Below are positions 36,601-50,169 of a stretch of 64,000 nt of DNA, piece after piece. Every line of letters begins with the position of its first letter. The stretch's first letter is position 1. A program made the position numbers and the translations under genes. Source of the stretch: Lytechinus pictus. Its lineage: Eukaryota. The notes beneath the pieces are model-generated. The model was not told the origin of the DNA. It did no database searches and saw nothing but the letters and a program-made list of their open reading frames with translations. Where the stretch lies: positions 26,166,001 to 26,230,000 of the forward strand of contig NC_087250.1 in the NCBI RefSeq assembly GCF_037042905.1, given 5' to 3'.

Positions 36601-37814
36601 TATAATTGTATCTGTATAGAGAAACCAAAATGTTCTGAGGGAAAATTATTTTTGCTACTTGATAACATAATTATTGCGTTACAAAATATGTATTGAGTAG
36701 TTAATTAGCATATTATCATTCAAGTGGGTCTATATTACTAGACTACACTAGCATTTTTGGTCAGGAAACTGGCCAGGTATGAGTAGTTGAGGACTCAAGA
36801 TGGCGCTTTTGGTTCGTACATGTATCTGCTTTAAAACCTTGAATATTTATTCAGATCGGTTGATTGGTGTTTTGATCAGTAAGTGTATACCACTAAATCA
36901 TGCATTGCCAAACGTTTCTCGAAATGTACTAAATACATTAACCCACAGTAAAGAAAGAAATCCTAACTATGATCATGCTAAATTATGAAAAGTAACTGTT
37001 CAGCCATCTTTTATGCATGCCTGAATTGTTTTTTACCAAAGCAAGGGTTGCAGAACTCCCTCCCCTAGCTTTTTCCCACCGTGTAAAACGTGTTTGAAAA
37101 CGAAAACAAAAAACCACCTGATTGAGTTTTTTTGCATGAACACCCCAAAACTTAAGTATGTCTTGTCAATTCTCTTTTCCATTTTCTAGGGGTTTGTACA
37201 GTCCAGTATTATCTGAAAAGGTATCCTACTTGAGTGTTCTATTTACATCAGTAATGTAGTTTAATGGACAAAAACAGTTTTTGAGGAACAGATTAAAAAA
37301 ATATACATATTTTTTTTTTCTTTCCTCTCAATACACCTTCTAGTGAATATAATGTATCGTTTTTAATATTAAAAATATCCATTTCAGCCTACATAACATT
37401 TTGGTAATATGATACTTAAATCATAATCACACGAGAAATTGTATTAAATATGGAATTACCACCCAATGTACATTTTTCCCTTCACTTTCTGATTACTAGT
37501 CTTTTCAATGAATTGTGCCGATATCGACCATTGATATCATAAATCCCTAAACAACGAACTCTGTTGAAATTGAACATAAAGCCATGAACATGCAATATTG
37601 ATTTAAACAGACTTACCAAGTGATGCCAGAACTCGACTATTTCCAAATAAATTCCGTTTTTTTTAATGGTAATATCTCAACTACGTTTGAACTCTCTGAA
37701 CGATGTGATATGAATTCGAATACTCCTGTATCTGTAAAAAGTCACCAGCCTTTTGTGCAATTAGCTTTACCACGGGGATTCCCATCGAATTGTATGCAAT
37801 GCATGTATTAAATA

Positions 37815-37916
37815 GCGGACCGTGACCCGGAGGAGACAAAGCATTGGGGAACAGTGAACAATGCGGCGCCCCCCCCCCCCCCCCAATGCTTTGTCTCCTC
37901 CCGGGTCACGGTCCGC
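37815..37916. mobile_element. ~100-bp palindromic MITE present only in copy A
   Basis: GCGGACCGTGACCCGGAGGAGACAAAGCATTGGGG ... CCCCAATGCTTTGTCTCCTCCCGGGTCACGGTCCGC. Absent at ~40470-40480. Confidence 0.8.
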
Positions 37917-38349
37917 CACATGACACATTGCCATAGTACCGTCTTCGCCTTTGTGGAAAATATGGCGGATGTTAATTAGTACAGTACTGACGATTGCAAC
38001 GGTATCATCCAGTTATATACCTAGCATACATCGTTCTTATACTTGCTCTCCTCTCTGGTTCTGTTCTTCTCTCTCTCTCTCTTTTCCCGTTCCTTTTCTT
38101 ACCAAATCCTGTTTGTTAATTGTGTATCAATAGTTGTAGGAGGTATCCTGACACAAAGACCTGCTTTCTGGATCTTTCGCCCTTACCCATACCCATAATT
38201 TAAATATTGTATTCGTATTCATTGTATGACATTTGTATACTTTAGGCATATATATATATGTATGAAAGATTTATGAAATGTCAAATGGAAGAAAAATGAA
38301 TGTTTATTTTAATTGAATTTAATAGAATCATCTATGGGGGATGAAATTG

Positions 38350-38506
38350 GCCGCATACATTCGTAATTCCGAAGCTTCGTTATTCCGAAGGTTCGGATAT
38401 ACCGAAGGTTCGTTGTTCCGAAGGTTCGTATTTCCGAAGGTTCGTAATTCCGAAGGTTCGTTAGTCCGAAAAAAAAATGAGGTTCGTAATTCCAAAGGTT
38501 CGTTAG
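38350..38506. repeat. 16-bp tandem array (TCCGAAGGTTCGTAAT-like), probable arm of a TIR element
   Basis: About 8 degenerate units; absent from copy B. Confidence 0.75.
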
Positions 38507-38530
38507 TGCACCTTGCATACCTTGCATACC

Positions 38531-40942
38531 GTTATGCGCGTAAACGCGTGCATAACCGTGCGCGCGCGCGCATATTTTTGTAAAGCTTAAAATGACCTGA
38601 TTCATACTCTGCTTTGGTCAAAAAGTGATTTTGAGCATCTTAAAATTTTGACGCGCGTGTATGCACACCTCGTGACCTTTACATGACCTTTGATGACATG
38701 GACAGTTGACCCTTGACCTGAAGTTAATGTGGTGTAAATATGGTTGAATTTTTATAATTGATAATGAAGATATGATTGATAATGTGATTTTACAAAATGA
38801 CATCCAGATGACGTCATGATGACCTTTAGACCTTGAACTTGTTTCATCCAGATAACATGGTTAGTCCCCATAACTAATGATACTTTGAAGAAAATTGAAG
38901 ATGTAGATTTTGAGATTTTACGCTAACAAGAAAAGCGTGGAAAAATAAAAATTAAGAAATAAATAAATAAATAAATAATAAATAAAAAATAAAATTCGTA
39001 CGAAATTAATAGTTGATCTGTCGATTGACAGATCACCCAATAATATAGGAATATTTACCCAGGGAAGCCACTTCAGTTTCGAAAACTGTTCTACCAGCGG
39101 GCCCTGCTATTATTATTACCCGGCTTTAGCTGAGCTGCCTAGGCGCTCAAGCAATCAAGGAATTTCTTCCTACCGGGTACCCATTCACCTCACCTGGGTT
39201 GAGTGCAGCACAGTGTGGATGAATTTCTTAAATTAAATTACATTATTTTTTTTCAAAAAGACACAATTAATTTTTTAGGTTTCTATGTTGCCCTTCCCTT
39301 TTTTTTTTGCTATTATGCTTCAATCATACATTTGCTCATTTAGTTTGCCTCTGCATTTTGCTCATTATATATATTTTTTTTTTTTCTATATTGTATTTAT
39401 GTCTTTCTCCAGTGACTATGTATAAGATTGTCACTTGGTTATGTACTTTATTCTATATCATGATCATGTCTCACGCATCGTAAATTTGTTTTGTATATTA
39501 TTCCAATAAATGCAAAAAAGTCCTGCAAAAAATATAAATTTTCAGATATTTACTAATACTACAGAGAATAAATTGACATATAATTGTATCTGTATAGAGA
39601 AACCAAAATGTTCTAAGGGAAAATTATTTTTTGCTACTTGATAACATAATTATTGCGTTACAAAATATGTATTGAGTAGTTAATTAGCATATTATCATTC
39701 AAGTGGGTCTATATTACTAGACTACACTAGCATTTTTGGTCAGGAAACTGGCCAGGTATGAGTAGTTGAGGACTCAAGATGGCGCTTTTGGTTCCTACAT
39801 GTATCTGCTTTAAAATCTTGAATATTTATTCAGATCGTTTATGCATGCCTGGATTGTTTTTTACCAAAGCAAGGGTTGCAGAACTCCCTCCTCTAGCTTT
39901 TTCTTACCGTGTAAAACGTGTTTGAAAACGAAAACAAAAAAACACCTGATTGAGTTTTTTTGCTTAAATACCCCAAAACTGAAGTATGTCTTGTCAATTC
40001 TTCTTTCAATTTTCTAGGGGTTTGTCCAGTCCAGTATTATCTGAAAAGGTATCCTACTTGAGTGTTCTATTTACATCAGTAATGTAGTTTAATGGACAAA
40101 AACAGTTTTTGAGGAACAGATTAAAAAATATATATATATTTTCCCTTCACTTTCTGATTACTAGTCTTTTGAATGAATTATGCCGATATCGACCATTTAT
40201 ATCATAAATCCCCAAACAACGAACTCTGTTGAAATTAAACATGAAGCCATATACATTATGCAATATTAATTGAAACTGACTTACCACGTGATGTCAAAAC
40301 TCGAATATTTCCAACTAAAGTCCGTTTTCTAAAATGGTAATATCTCAACAACGTTTGAACTCTCAGAACGATGAGATATGAACACGGATTATCCTATATC
40401 TGTAAAGAGTCACCAGCCTTTTGTGCAACAAGCTATACCACGGGGATTCCCATCGAAGTGTATGCTATGCATGTAAATGACGCATTGCCATAGTACCGTC
40501 TTCGCCTTTGTGGAAAATATGGCAGATGTTAATTAGTACAGTACTGATGGTTGCAACGGTATCATCCAGTTATATACCTAGCATACATCGTTCTTATACT
40601 TGCTCTCCGCTCTGGTTCTGTTCTTCTCTCTCTCTGTTTTCCTTTTCCTTTTCTTACCAAATCCTGTTTGTTAATTGTTTATCAATAGTTGTAGGAGGTA
40701 TCCTGACACAAAGACCTGCTTTCTGGGTCTTTCGCCCTTACCCAAACACATAATTTAAACATTGTATTCGTATTCATTGTATGACATTTGTATACTTTAG
40801 GCGTATATATATGTATGAAAGATTGATGAAATGTCAAATGGAATAAAAATGAACGTTTATTTTAATTGAATTTAATAGAATCATCAATGGGGGATGAAAT
40901 CATCATACATCGTCATAGGGGACATGCACCTTGCATACCGTT
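38531..40942 (+). repeat. Older tandem duplication, copy B
   Basis: Lacks segments ~36858-37010, ~37310-37470 and the 37815-37916 MITE of copy A. Confidence 0.9.
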
Positions 40943-42683
40943 TCAAAAAAGGGGGGGGGTCTGTTTTTAAGGGGTGGGGTGGGCAAAGGCCTGGTTCTAG
41001 AATGAGCGCTAGTGATGATAGTTGATTTCATACCAAGGGTGCCAAGCGACCTGGAAAAGAATATGATAAAAAAATGCTGCATTTGACAGAGAAACCGACA
41101 TTAAATTTTAATTGAATCATTTCGGTATTGAAATCCAATGATTTTTTTTTCTAAATGTTTGAACAGGTGTCTATGTAGAGTAGTAGGCCTATCGTTAACT
41201 GTTCCTTTTTTCATCTGCTTTCATATCTATCGTGGTAGTCTAATGGTGATCGGTAAAACCAAACAAAAGTTGCTTTTAGGACAAAAATAATTATTCATTT
41301 GGAGATAAATCTTCAACTAAACTGCGCAAAATTACCGTTCAACCAAAAATTAACAACGTTTAGCGGTTCTAGACTTTCTACCAGCAATTTCTCCAAAATT
41401 TAAAGCTAACATTAGGTCTATTTGGTTAAATTTTGAATTCAAACTTTCATTGTCGCAAAATTTACACAAGGTGAGAGGATGTATTCCCTGTATGGGCAAT
41501 GCATCCTCTCACCACCCAAATGTTTTGATCAACAACTGTCCTTTTTTTCCAGCCACCAAAATTTACGAACATAATAGTCTGAACAAGATCAAAACATTAA
41601 CCAGTACACTACAATTCTGTCACTGTGCCTTCAACAAACAATTCTGCAGTGAAACTAATTAATGTGTTAACATGATGTTTTATTGTCATGTAGACAAACT
41701 CATTAGTAATTTAAATAAAACCATCATGTTTTCTTATTTTCCACATTAATTAACTCATAACAAAATGACCCATTGTTTTATAACAATTTCATTCTTTCTT
41801 ATTCCAGATATCACCATGCTAGCCCAGTACCTATAGCATCAAACCACTACCTCTCTAAAAAAAAAACGCCCATTTTCAACCACAATACAATCCATAAAAT
41901 AAGCACAATTTCAACACAAAACAAAACCAAAAACCCTGTGTATCCATTGACATATTTTATTATTGATAAGATACTCACGCATAAATGATTTGGACATGTT
42001 CAAAACCATCACCCCCACCCCATGTGCGCCACAAATTCTACACCCTACACATACTATAAATAGCCCCCTTTCAGCTCACCAAACGCAACATATGTTATTC
42101 ATATCTGGTTCCAAAATACACTGGGTTTTCCATAAAGCTGCCCGTGAGTAATGACCAATGATGTAACGCGACTGGTGAACATTTCTTTGATTAACGGATG
42201 CCTATGTAGCTGACTATGTCACCCGACAATATGTACCAGTCTTGCGTAAAATAATTCGTACCTTAAGGGGCTTTCACAATTGCTCGTGCGATCGTTTGCG
42301 ATAATTTGGTCACAATATATGTTGTACATTAAATCGCAACGGTTGTAAGAAGTCGTACCACCAAATGTGAAGGGACTTTCTACGAACAGCTGTTTAAAAC
42401 ACCCACCAAATCGATTTTGCAGCATTGTGTGGATACATTTCTTGCTGAAAGAAAACACGCCATGGCTAGGGTTCGAACCCCTAGAGTCAGAACCACTAGA
42501 CCACAATGCGCCTATATTACACATTAAATTTATTTTAGATTTTAAAATCTTGTTTGAACTGTTAAACAACTATCCCGAATCTGTTAACGTTCATATAGCA
42601 AACAATGTTGAAAAAAAAAAAAAAAAAACAAGTCAAGTCCAGCATCAGTGGCTTGCATTTTTCTCTAAACATCTTAGTATTCA

Positions 42684-42975
42684 TGTGACGAGATAATAAT
42701 ATACGTTTAAGGCTGGCGCAAATATTCACTACTGAATGACACGCGCCGTATAAGCTAAAACAACAACAACAACAGCATATGTGAACAACGGACTCGTGAA
42801 TGGGAATCGTCATGTGTAGATTTGTAAATAAACTGTTTTTTAAACGATTTGACACGGCGTGGCTTGTCCTCTAATTCATGAGTGTCTGAATGGAGAACAA
42901 GATTCAGGAGGTTTACGTGGGAGTTTGTCCAGGACAGGTAACAGTAAGAGCTTGTCCGGACCAGCAAACGTAACA
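42684..42975 (+). repeat. 5' LTR
   Basis: TGTGACGAG...CGTAACA. Three substitutions vs the 3' LTR over the ~233 alignable bp. Confidence 0.92.
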
Positions 42976-43652
42976 GTGGGGGCTTGGTGAGAGTCGAACC
43001 AGAACTCTCGGCGTAAGTTGTATCGAAGTACCGTATACCGTATAATGCTAGCGCCGGCAAAGTCGCATGAACGTATTATCTGTTTCTGTTTTCGATGCGA
43101 GTGCAATTGTATTCAACGTGAGGATTGTCATTAGACATTTACATGGGTGTGTATACACGTAGATGTAATGCCAGTGTGTTGATATCGCTGTCAGTGTTGT
43201 GTATGACGCTGTGTGGTGAGCGCACAAGGTTGAGTATGGCGAGCCGTTTGTTCCATGAGGCAATTCCATGTATTTCAGTGTGTCTCGCTGTGCGATGTGT
43301 TTTGTTCACGTAGTGTTGAATGAAATTTGGGTTGGTGATATTTCAACTGGTTAACCATTTTTTTAAGTAAGGGTTGCTGTGTCGGTTAATGATAACTGAC
43401 AGTGTCGACTGGAGTCAAGTTGACAGTGAGGTTGGACAATTTTTATCTGGGGTGGCCGAGTCAGGTTACCCTTTCTGTAGGTTGAAGTCATATCTACAGG
43501 GTCAGCCAGGTCAGGTTGACATTTTCTTCTGTGGTTGATATAATTTTCAACTGTGATAACCGTATTGGTTATTGTCTTGGCTAAGAATTAAAGGTTTTCT
43601 TTAGCTGTTTCTAGTCTTTTCAGCGTTGAAGATTAAGGGTCTTTTGTTGACC

Positions 43653-46600
43653 ATGGCGGAATTTTCTTTGGACGATTTCGTTGACTCTCCCAGTGTTGAG
43701 AAGTTGCTGGTTTTGAAGAAGGTTCATCTCTTGGAGATTGCTCATTACCAGGTTGCTGAGGTAAAGAATACTTGGCGTAAATTAGAAATTCTGAAAGCTG
43801 TAATTCAGTGGTTTAGTGGAAGAGGAAGATGTCCTTCCACTTGAAGCTTTATCTAAGGTTCCGATTGAATCTGTGAATGTGGACTTGACAGAGAAATTGC
43901 GTTTAAAAGAGTTGGAACTAGAGATAGCGAAAGTTGAACTTGAACGAGAACAAGTAGTTTTGAGAAGGGAGCATGAGAATGCTCGAGAATTAAGAGAAGA
44001 AATTAGGCAAGTAAAGTCTGATTTTGATGTTGCGAAACATGTTCGAATGGTTCCCGTTTTTCAGGAGAAAAGTAGCTGTTAGTTTGAGTTGGCCGCAAGA
44101 AAAATGGTCACACTTGTTACAATCTCAGTTGAAGGGTAAAGCTCGAGATGCTTAATCAGCTTTGTCAGTTGATGATGCGGGTCGTTATGTCGTTGTAAAA
44201 GCAGCAGTGTTGCGTGCTTATGAGCTTGTACCGGAGGCGTACTGTCAACAATTTCGGAAAACACGCAAAGATGAGACCGAAACTCATCTTGAGTTTGCTA
44301 GGCGCAAACAACAGTTGTTTGATAGATGGAGTTCGTCACTCCATGCAGATACCTTTGATAAGCTTAGAGAAATAATTCTTCTCGAAGAGTTTAAGCGTAG
44401 TGTGCATTTCGATGTTAGGTTGCATCTTGAAGAGCAGCAAATAGGAACGTGTAAAGAAGCAGCGAAGCTTGCAGATGATTATGCGCTAACGCACAAAATC
44501 ACAAACAAAAAATCAGATGAGACAAACAAATCTGGAAAGTGGAAAAACAAAAACAAAAATGGTGCTTCAGCACACAACAAGAAAGAAGTAAAACCAAAAT
44601 CTAAAGATGACGAGCAAGAAAAGAAATGCTATGCATGTCACAAGGTTGGTCATTTTAAAGCAAAGTGTCCTACATGTACACTTAAAGGAAAAACAAGTGA
44701 ATCAAGTAATGCACATCCAAATGCATTTGTGAAAAATTTGCTAAGTTCAGAGAGTAGGATTGAGCCAGTTAACTTAGAGAAAGTGAAAATGCAATATGAA
44801 CCGTTTGTTTCTGTAGGATATGTTTCCCTAGCTGTTAGTGTCGAAGCAAGAAAAGTGAAAGTGTTGCGTGATACTGGTGCTTCTCAGTATTTGATCTTGG
44901 AGAGTGTGTTGCCTTTTGGTGAGAAATCTTGTGTTGGAGCTAGTTGTGAAAATGGCTGTGAGACCATCACTTCCGATGGCAGATGTTTCCATCATTTTAG
45001 GGAATGATCTTGCTGGTGATAAAGTTGTGCCATGTCCAGTTGTGAGTGCTATTCCGTGTGAGAGTAGTGAAACAGACCAGTTGGTTGCAGAATTTCCTAC
45101 TGTGTTTCCGTCTTGTGCTGTAACTCGTTTGATGGCAAAGAAAGTAGAGTCTGAATCGAAGTCTAGTGAGCTAGATGAGGTTAACTTGGGAGATTCTTTC
45201 TATTGTCGTTTGATTGATGATGAAAGTGAATCAAATGTGAATGAGGGTGCAGGGGAAACTCAAAGTACAGAAGAGAAAAGTAAAATGTGAACCAATGCCG
45301 ATAAGTAAGAGTAAGTTGTTGGAGGAGCAACAAAAAGATCCTGAGTTAGTATCCATGTTTGAGAGAGCGATCTCTGAGGAGGAGGCATTGACCGTGCCTG
45401 TTTGTTATTATACGAACTCAGGTGTTTTGATGAGAAAGTGGAGGCCGATAGATGTTCCTGCTGATTAAGTTTGGAAAGAGGTCCACCAGATTGTAGTTCC
45501 TTCTACCTATAGGCCGGAAATACTTAGTCTTGCTCATGAAGCACCACTTGCAGGTTACATTATACATTTGCACTTGCACTTGTGAGTCTATAAGACTCGG
45601 GAGAAAATCCTTTCTCATTTCTTTTGGCCAGGTTTACAAAAGGATGTTGCAAACTTTTGCAGAAATGGTCATGTTTGTCAGGTAGTAGGTAAACCGAATC
45701 AGAAAATACCAGTCGCGCCATTGAAACCAGTGCCAGCGTTCGATGAACCGTTTGCAAGAATTATCATAGATTGTGCGCAAGTACCAGGTATGTCGAAGCG
45801 ATTCCACTTAGACGCATCACCGCAAACAATGTGAGCAAGGCGCTGATCAAGTTTTTCACGACTGTATGATTACCGCGTACCGTTCAGTCTGATCAAGGAT
45901 CAAACTTTATGTCGAAAGTCTTTAAGCAAGTGCTAGGGCAGTTAGGGATTGAACATGTAATTTCTAGTGCATACCATTCTGAATCGCAAGGAGCACTTGA
46001 GAGATGTCATCAGACACTCAAGAACATGCTCAAAACATATTGTTTGGACACAGAGAAACAATGGGATGAGGGAATTCCATTGTTGCTATTTGCTTTGAGA
46101 GAATCTGTTCAAGAATCTCTTGGTTTCAGCCCATTTCAGCTCGTGTATGGACATGAAGTTCGTGGACCCCTCAGGTTGTTGACTGAAAGGTTGTTGTCAG
46201 ATGAGGAAGATGTGAATATGTTGGACTACGTATCGTCTTTCCGTGAGAGATTGCATCATGCTTGTGAAGTTGCTAGGAAGAATTTGTCTGATTCTCAGGA
46301 GAAAATGAAGTCTTGGTATGACAAGAAGTCCAAGGAAAGGAATTTCAAGGCAGGTGATGAAGTTTTGGTTTTGTTACCAGTAGTTGGTAATGTTTTGCAG
46401 GCTAGATTTTCTGGACCGTATACCATTCTGAAGAAAGTTGGTGATGTTGACTATGTCGTCAAAACCCCAGATAGGAAAAAGAAAAAGCGTGTATGTCATG
46501 TGAATATGATAAAAGCTTATGTTCGACGAGATGATGAAAAGAGAGCCCAACCGGTGTTGAGTGGTGTAGAATCTGAGCTGAATGATGAAAGTGAAGAGAT

Positions 46601-48136
46601 GTGTAACATTGAGAGAGATGAACCATGTGTGAAATTGAAAAAATCAGAAGTTCTAACACACATCAATGACAAACTAACCCACTTGTCTGAGAAGGAGAGG
46701 AGGGATGTGAAAGAGCTGTTGAATGAGTATCCGCAGTTATTTGCAGATATCCCATCTCGTACTGATGTTGTTGAACATGATGTTGATGTGGGAGATACCG
46801 CCCCAATCAAGCAGGCACCTTATCGTGTTAATCCAGTAAAGATGAAGAATTTTGAAAAAGAAATAGAGTACATGCTGCAGAATGGCATCATCGAGCCAAG
46901 TAGCAGCGCATGGTCGTCACCATGCATCTTAGTTCCGAATCCGGATAAGTCGTATCGTTTCTGTACCGACTACAGAAAAGTCCATTCGAGTACAAAGATC
47001 GATTCTTTCCCGATACCGCGCGTAGATGACTGTATTGACCGTATAGGCAAGGCGAAGTATGTGAGCGAGTACAAAGACCGATTCTTTCCCGATACCGCGC
47101 GTAGATGACTGTATTGACCGTATAGGCAAGGCGAAGTATGTGAGCAAATTTGATCTGCTTAAAGGCTATTGGCAGATTCCGTTGACTAAGAGAGCGCAAG
47201 AAATCTCTGCATTTGCTACACCCCAAGGCCTATTCCATTACACTGTGATGCCATTCGGTATGAAATACGCGCCGGCTACATTCCAAAGACTTGTGAATAG
47301 TCTTGTCTCTGGTCTTGAAGGTTGTGAAGCTTACATAGATGACTTGCTTGTGTATAGTGAAGATTGGGAAGTTCATGTACAAAGAATCAGAGATTTGTTC
47401 AGGAGATTGTCTGATGCCAAATTGACAGTCAACTTGGCAAAGAGTGAGTTTGGAGGTGCTCCTGTTAGTTTCTTGTGTCACGTTGTTGGTTCAGGTCATG
47501 TTCGACCACTCTCAGCGAAGGTAGAAGCTATTCTGGCGTTCCCGACTCCAACCAACCGGAAGGAACTGATGAGGTTTCTTGGCATGGCAGGCTACTACAG
47601 ACGATTCTGCCATAACTTCTCTGATGTCGTCGCCCCGCTGACCAATCTACTACGCAAGGAGGTGAAGTTCATCTCGTCGAGCGACTGTCAGAGTGCTTTT
47701 GACCAAGTGAAAGCACTCCCTATCTACCAATCCTGTACTGGTGGCTCCAGATTTTAGTCAGCCATTCTCTCTGATGGTTGACGCTAGTGATGTGGGTGCC
47801 GGAGCTGTTCTTACGCAGAAAGATGAACAGGGAACAGACAGGCCATTATCGTTCTTCTCAAGGAAGTTTTCGAGCAGTCAGAGAAATTATTCCACTGTGG
47901 AGAAGGAAACTTTGGCATTAATCTTTGCACTGCAACACTTCGAAGTCTATGTGAGTGGATCTCACCATTCAGTGGACATATGGACAGATCATACTCCTTT
48001 GACGTTTCTAAGTAAGATGAAAAACTAAAATCAAAGACTTACAATGTGGAGTCTACTGCTCCAAGAGTACAACTTGAACATTAGACATCTACCGGGAAAA
48101 GACAACACTATTGCAGACACATTGTCGCGAGTGTAA
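43653..48136 (+). pseudogene. gag-pol: SCAN-like/capsid, CCHC knuckle, protease, integrase, RT, RNase H (disrupted)
   Basis: LRAYELVPEAY..FR; CYACHKVGHFKAKC; LRDTGASQ; integrase DQGSNF..SAYHSESQGALER and GPY; RT YRFCTDYRKV, FDLLKGYWQ, YIDD; RNase H DASDVGAGAVL, NYSTVEKE. Multiple stops and frameshifts. Confidence 0.93.
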
Positions 48137-49210
48137 ACTAAATCCTAAACTTTGACCAATTTGATAACATGGACTTTGTGTGAACTTTGAACTCTGGACA
48201 ATGGAAGTTTAACGCCGTGTGTATCAATGTGAAATTCGGACAATGAAAGTTTGATATCATCAATGTGATAAACAGTGAACGTTTGACATCGTGTTATGTC
48301 ATCATGACGTTTGAGCAGTGAACATTTGACAGCGTGTTAATTCATCGTGACATTTGAACTGTGAACGTTTGATATTGTGTATAATCAAGATGAAATTTGG
48401 AAACTGCACTTTCTGTAAACTGTTGAACTTGAAACTTATATCATCATGTAAATTTATACCTAAATGCTTACTTGTCATCTCAACTTAATGGATACTCCGG
48501 AATGGACTCTTTACCATGTTTGATTTGAAAGTGAACTGAACTTGTTTTTTTTTTTCTGGATTTCTGGATGCCAACTGAGCTCATGTTTACACTATATCTT
48601 GGATCAAGTAATCTGAACCTACTGTGAATCTTCATGAACATTCAATGAACCCTAACTGAAGCGATGATGTTGAACTTCGTTGAACTGAAACTATAATTGG
48701 AAGAAGATATTTGAAATCAAAAGTTTGAACTTACATCTTGAATGATTTCTCATATTATTGACTTTTGGACTCAGTGAAGCAATGATTTTTATATTGCTTT
48801 TCTCATCACACTTGGAAGTAATATCATGTATTTTCTATGTTGATTATTCGTGTGAAATTTCTTATGACTATGTTTATTACGAACATACATGTATTTCAGA
48901 ACATGCGTGTACCTTTTGATGAATAAGTTTTACTACATGCATGCGCTATCAATACATGTCTGTTTTACTCATTTCATTATACTATGTTTTATATTATGCT
49001 TATCTTTTGCCAAAGTATGCAAAATTGCTGCACAAAGAGCGTGAAATTGAAAAAAGGCATTTCGATATGTTTTAATGCATTAACTGTGTTTGGTTAAGCG
49101 TTATATTCATTGTGATAATGTTCATTTATATTAACAAGCAAAATTTGAGTTGCGAACATACTAATTGCAATTTCTTTGAAAAATTATAAGCATGTTTTTA
49201 AGGAAGGGAG

Positions 49211-49651
49211 TGTGACGAGATAATAATAGACGTTTAAGGCTGGAGGAGAGACTAGCGAAATGATATCGCTATAACTGGGCGTTGTGGCGTGCGCCTGTAA
49301 TCCAAGCTATGTGGGAAGTTACTAATTGATGCAGAGGTTCGAGGTTCGAGCCCTGGTCACGTCTTTCGGATGGTGACTTTAAAGGTCGGTCCCAGACGTA
49401 ATTAATCATATCTGATTGATACACGTCTGACAAAACTCAAACGCACACACACATATGTGAACAACGGACTTGTGAATGGGAATCGTCATGTGTAGATTTG
49501 TAAATAAACTGTTTTTTAAACGATTTGACACGGCGTGGCTAGTCCTCTAATTCATGAGTGTCTGAATGGAGAACAAGATTCAGGAGGTTTACGTGGGAGT
49601 TTGTCCAGGACAGGTAACAGTAAGAGCTTGTCCGGACCAGCAAACGTAACA
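49211..49651 (+). repeat. 3' LTR, containing the SINE
   Basis: Same termini as the 5' LTR; 49244-49451 differs from it. Confidence 0.92.
49275..49452 (+). mobile_element. SINE with 7SL-like head, copy 2
   Basis: CTGGGCGTTGTGGCGTGCGCCTGTAATCCAAGCTATGTGGGAAG...AAACTCAAACGCACACACAC; about 95% similar to copy 1 by eye. Confidence 0.8.
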
Positions 49652-50169
49652 ATTCATTTTGTCAAAACTGAAAACAATATACACAGTACTATTATTATAA
49701 GCCGGGTTGGCATGGTTTGGGAAAGATGGAAATATATATTTATCATCTTTATTCGCCAAATAATATACATGTAACATATTTATGTGGCACTTCTATGAAA
49801 AAAAAGAGAGAGAGAGAACAAAACAAAACAAATTGTACACAATAAATTACAATTAATAAAATATAGGGAGAGAAGATAGATTAAATTGAAGCTAAGAAAT
49901 ACATAGGAATTCAATCAACTGACCAAATGCTTCCCTTATTAACGTGCTACAGATACTTTCCTGATTTCTTACTGCTATCCTATATATAGTAGCGTGTTTT
50001 ACATGTATATTAATTATAATTTCTAGGATTGATTTGCGTGTAAAATGATGTCACCTATTACGACCCCTTTTGGTTTTCACTTTAATTATGATCGTCATAA
50101 TTTTTAAATGCAAACTTATCTGATTAATGTTGACTGAATGAAATCAGATTCCTTTGTAATGTACCCATG

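Larger units (their letters stand above)
35550..38530 (+). repeat. Older tandem duplication, copy A
   Basis: Colinear with 38531-40942, with scattered substitutions and indels. Confidence 0.9.
42684..49651 (+). mobile_element. Full-length decayed Gmr1-like Ty3/Gypsy LTR retrotransposon
   Basis: TG...CA LTRs at 42684-42975 and 49211-49651. 5-bp TSD ATTCA at 42679-42683 and 49652-49656. PBS-like TGGGGGCT at 42977 and PPT AAGGAAGGGAG at 49200-49210. Confidence 0.95.
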
